This document shows positions 63,179-64,000 of a stretch of 64,000 nucleotides of DNA, in pieces. The position numbers and the translations under genes were made by a program. The notes below the pieces were generated by a model. The model saw only the letters and a list, made by a program, of their open reading frames with translations. It was not told the origin of the DNA and ran no database searches. Source of the DNA: Candidatus Nanopelagicales bacterium (GTDB taxonomy: Bacteria > Actinomycetota > Actinomycetes > S36-B12 > CAIYMF01). Location: contig JADGOZ010000067.1 in assembly GCA_017882705.1 (NCBI GenBank), positions 12,295 to 76,294 on the forward strand, in the 5' to 3' direction. Numbering within the stretch: position 1 is the stretch's first letter; the number at the start of each line of letters is the position of its first letter.

Positions 63179-64000
63179 GCCGGTGGCTCCTGGAACAGCG
63201 ACGCGGCGCCGTAGCCCCCGGTCGGGTCGTCCCCGACGTTGGCCAGGTCCTCGATGCTCGGCTCGTCGTCGTCCTCGTCCGAGGCGTCGTCGAGCGCCGG
63301 CGGCGCGAACTCGCCGAGGTTGTCCTCATCGATGTCGACGTCGACAAGCTCGAGGTCATCGTCGACGTCCAGCGTGACGACGTCGTCGAGCTCGTCCAGG
63401 TCCGCGTCGTCGACGTCGTCCTCGTCCGCCTCGTCGGCATCCTCGTCGTCGTCGAGGGTGTCGACCCAGACGATACCGTCGAGGTCGGCGAGGCGCTCGG
63501 CCGCGTCGGTCTCGTCGGCGTCGTCGACGTCAACGGTCTTGGCGAACCACTCGCGCGCCTCATCCTCGCGGCCGGCGGCGAGCAGTGCATCGGCGTAGGC
63601 GAACTTCAACCGGGCCGACCACGACTCCGTGCTCGTCGACTGCAGCTCCGGGCACTGCAGGGTGACGACGGCGGCATCGAGCTGGCCGAGGTCACGACGG
63701 GCGCCGGACGCCACGATGCGCATCTCGACGCGGCCGGCACGATCGAGGCGATCGACCTCGTCTGCACCGGCCATCGAGATGGCCCGCTCCGGGCGGCCGA
63801 GGCCCCGCTCGCAGTCGGCCATGATCGGCCAGTAGCTGTCCGAGCCGGAGATCCGGCGCGCAGCGCGGAACTGCGCGAGCGCGTCGGCGTACTCGCCGGC
63901 GGAGTAGGCCGCGATGCCTGCAGCCTCCCGTACGACGGCGAGTCTGCCGCCACGTGCGACGGCGGCCTTCGCGTGCTCCCACGCGAGGTCGGGACGGTCC
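63148..64000 (-). CDS. TPR-like protein with long poly-acidic C-terminal tail (5' end beyond window)
   Basis: The frame stays open to base 64000 (…AYSAGEYADALAQFRAARRISGSDSYWPIMADCERGLGRPERAI… are TPR-like helices). The last 130 aa or so are Asp/Glu-rich. The 3' end overlaps the convergent MBL gene by 31 nt. Confidence 0.6.
   Translation of the reverse strand, partial: DRPDLAWEHAKAAVARGGRLAVVREAAGIAAYSAGEYADALAQFRAARRISGSDSYWPIMADCERGLGRPERAISMAGADEVDRLDRAGRVEMRIVASGARRDLGQLDAAVVTLQCPELQSTSTESWSARLKFAYADALLAAGREDEAREWFAKTVDVDDADETDAAERLADLDGIVWVDTLDDDEDADEADEDDVDDADLDELDDVVTLDVDDDLELVDVDIDEDNLGEFAPPALDDASDEDDDEPSIEDLANVGDDPTGGYGAASLFQEPPAQDAPGSSSD

Noticed and set aside
63230-63560. Periodic GAC/GTC/GAG-rich repeats that might suggest a tandem-repeat or CRISPR-like array
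   Set aside because: The periodicity is 3 nt and is in frame with a poly-Asp/Glu coding tail. There is no repeat-spacer structure and no cas genes.

Overview
The window is a very high-GC (by eye above 70%), tightly packed chromosomal core segment of an actinobacterium. The genus cannot be determined from the sequence alone. I support about 70 CDS, one tRNA-Pro(GGG), a tandem glycine riboswitch, two strong intrinsic terminators and a few candidate promoters or operators.

Gene content by region:
- 1-4.5 kb: a pentose-phosphate mini-cluster (pgi, gnd, rpiA, zwf).
- 4.6-19.6 kb: transporters and small accessory genes. These include EamA, an ABC-F ATPase, an ABC-2 exporter operon ending in a TetR gene, an MFS transporter, a PAS-GGDEF-EAL protein and an orphan secreted protein.
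- 19.6-23.6 kb: furA-katG plus a ferritin-like protein.
- 23.8-32 kb: riboswitch-gcvP, MerR, nuclease, MerR, garA, gcvH and pgsA, syntenic with M. tuberculosis Rv1822-Rv1832.
- 37-64 kb: der, cmk, tyrA, aroH, rluB, scpB, scpA, parA, xerD, ald and its Lrp regulator, NUDIX, pyrG, recN, nadK, tlyA and Rv1692-like HAD, syntenic with Rv1692-Rv1713.

Many adjacent genes overlap by 4 nt (ATGA, GTGA or TTGA), indicating long translationally coupled operons.

I see no CRISPR array, transposase, phage integrase, restriction or other recognisable defence genes, so I cannot support a claim of a novel defence-type system here.

The observations most worth a second look are:
- a 505-bp non-coding, repeat-rich, CTAG/AT-enriched island between rluB and aroH;
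- a recurring TTGTCGA / TGTCGACATACTC motif confined to intergenic DNA;
- a chromosomal ParA translationally coupled to a small protein that looks like a ParG-type ribbon-helix-helix protein, directly upstream of scpAB;
- low-GC codon patches inside parA and at the scpB 3' end that share a 10-mer;
- a GarA/OdhI homolog carrying an N-terminal zinc ribbon.

All family calls come from motif and synteny recognition by eye. No database search was run. Many start codons are inferred from SD spacing or overlap logic and may be off.
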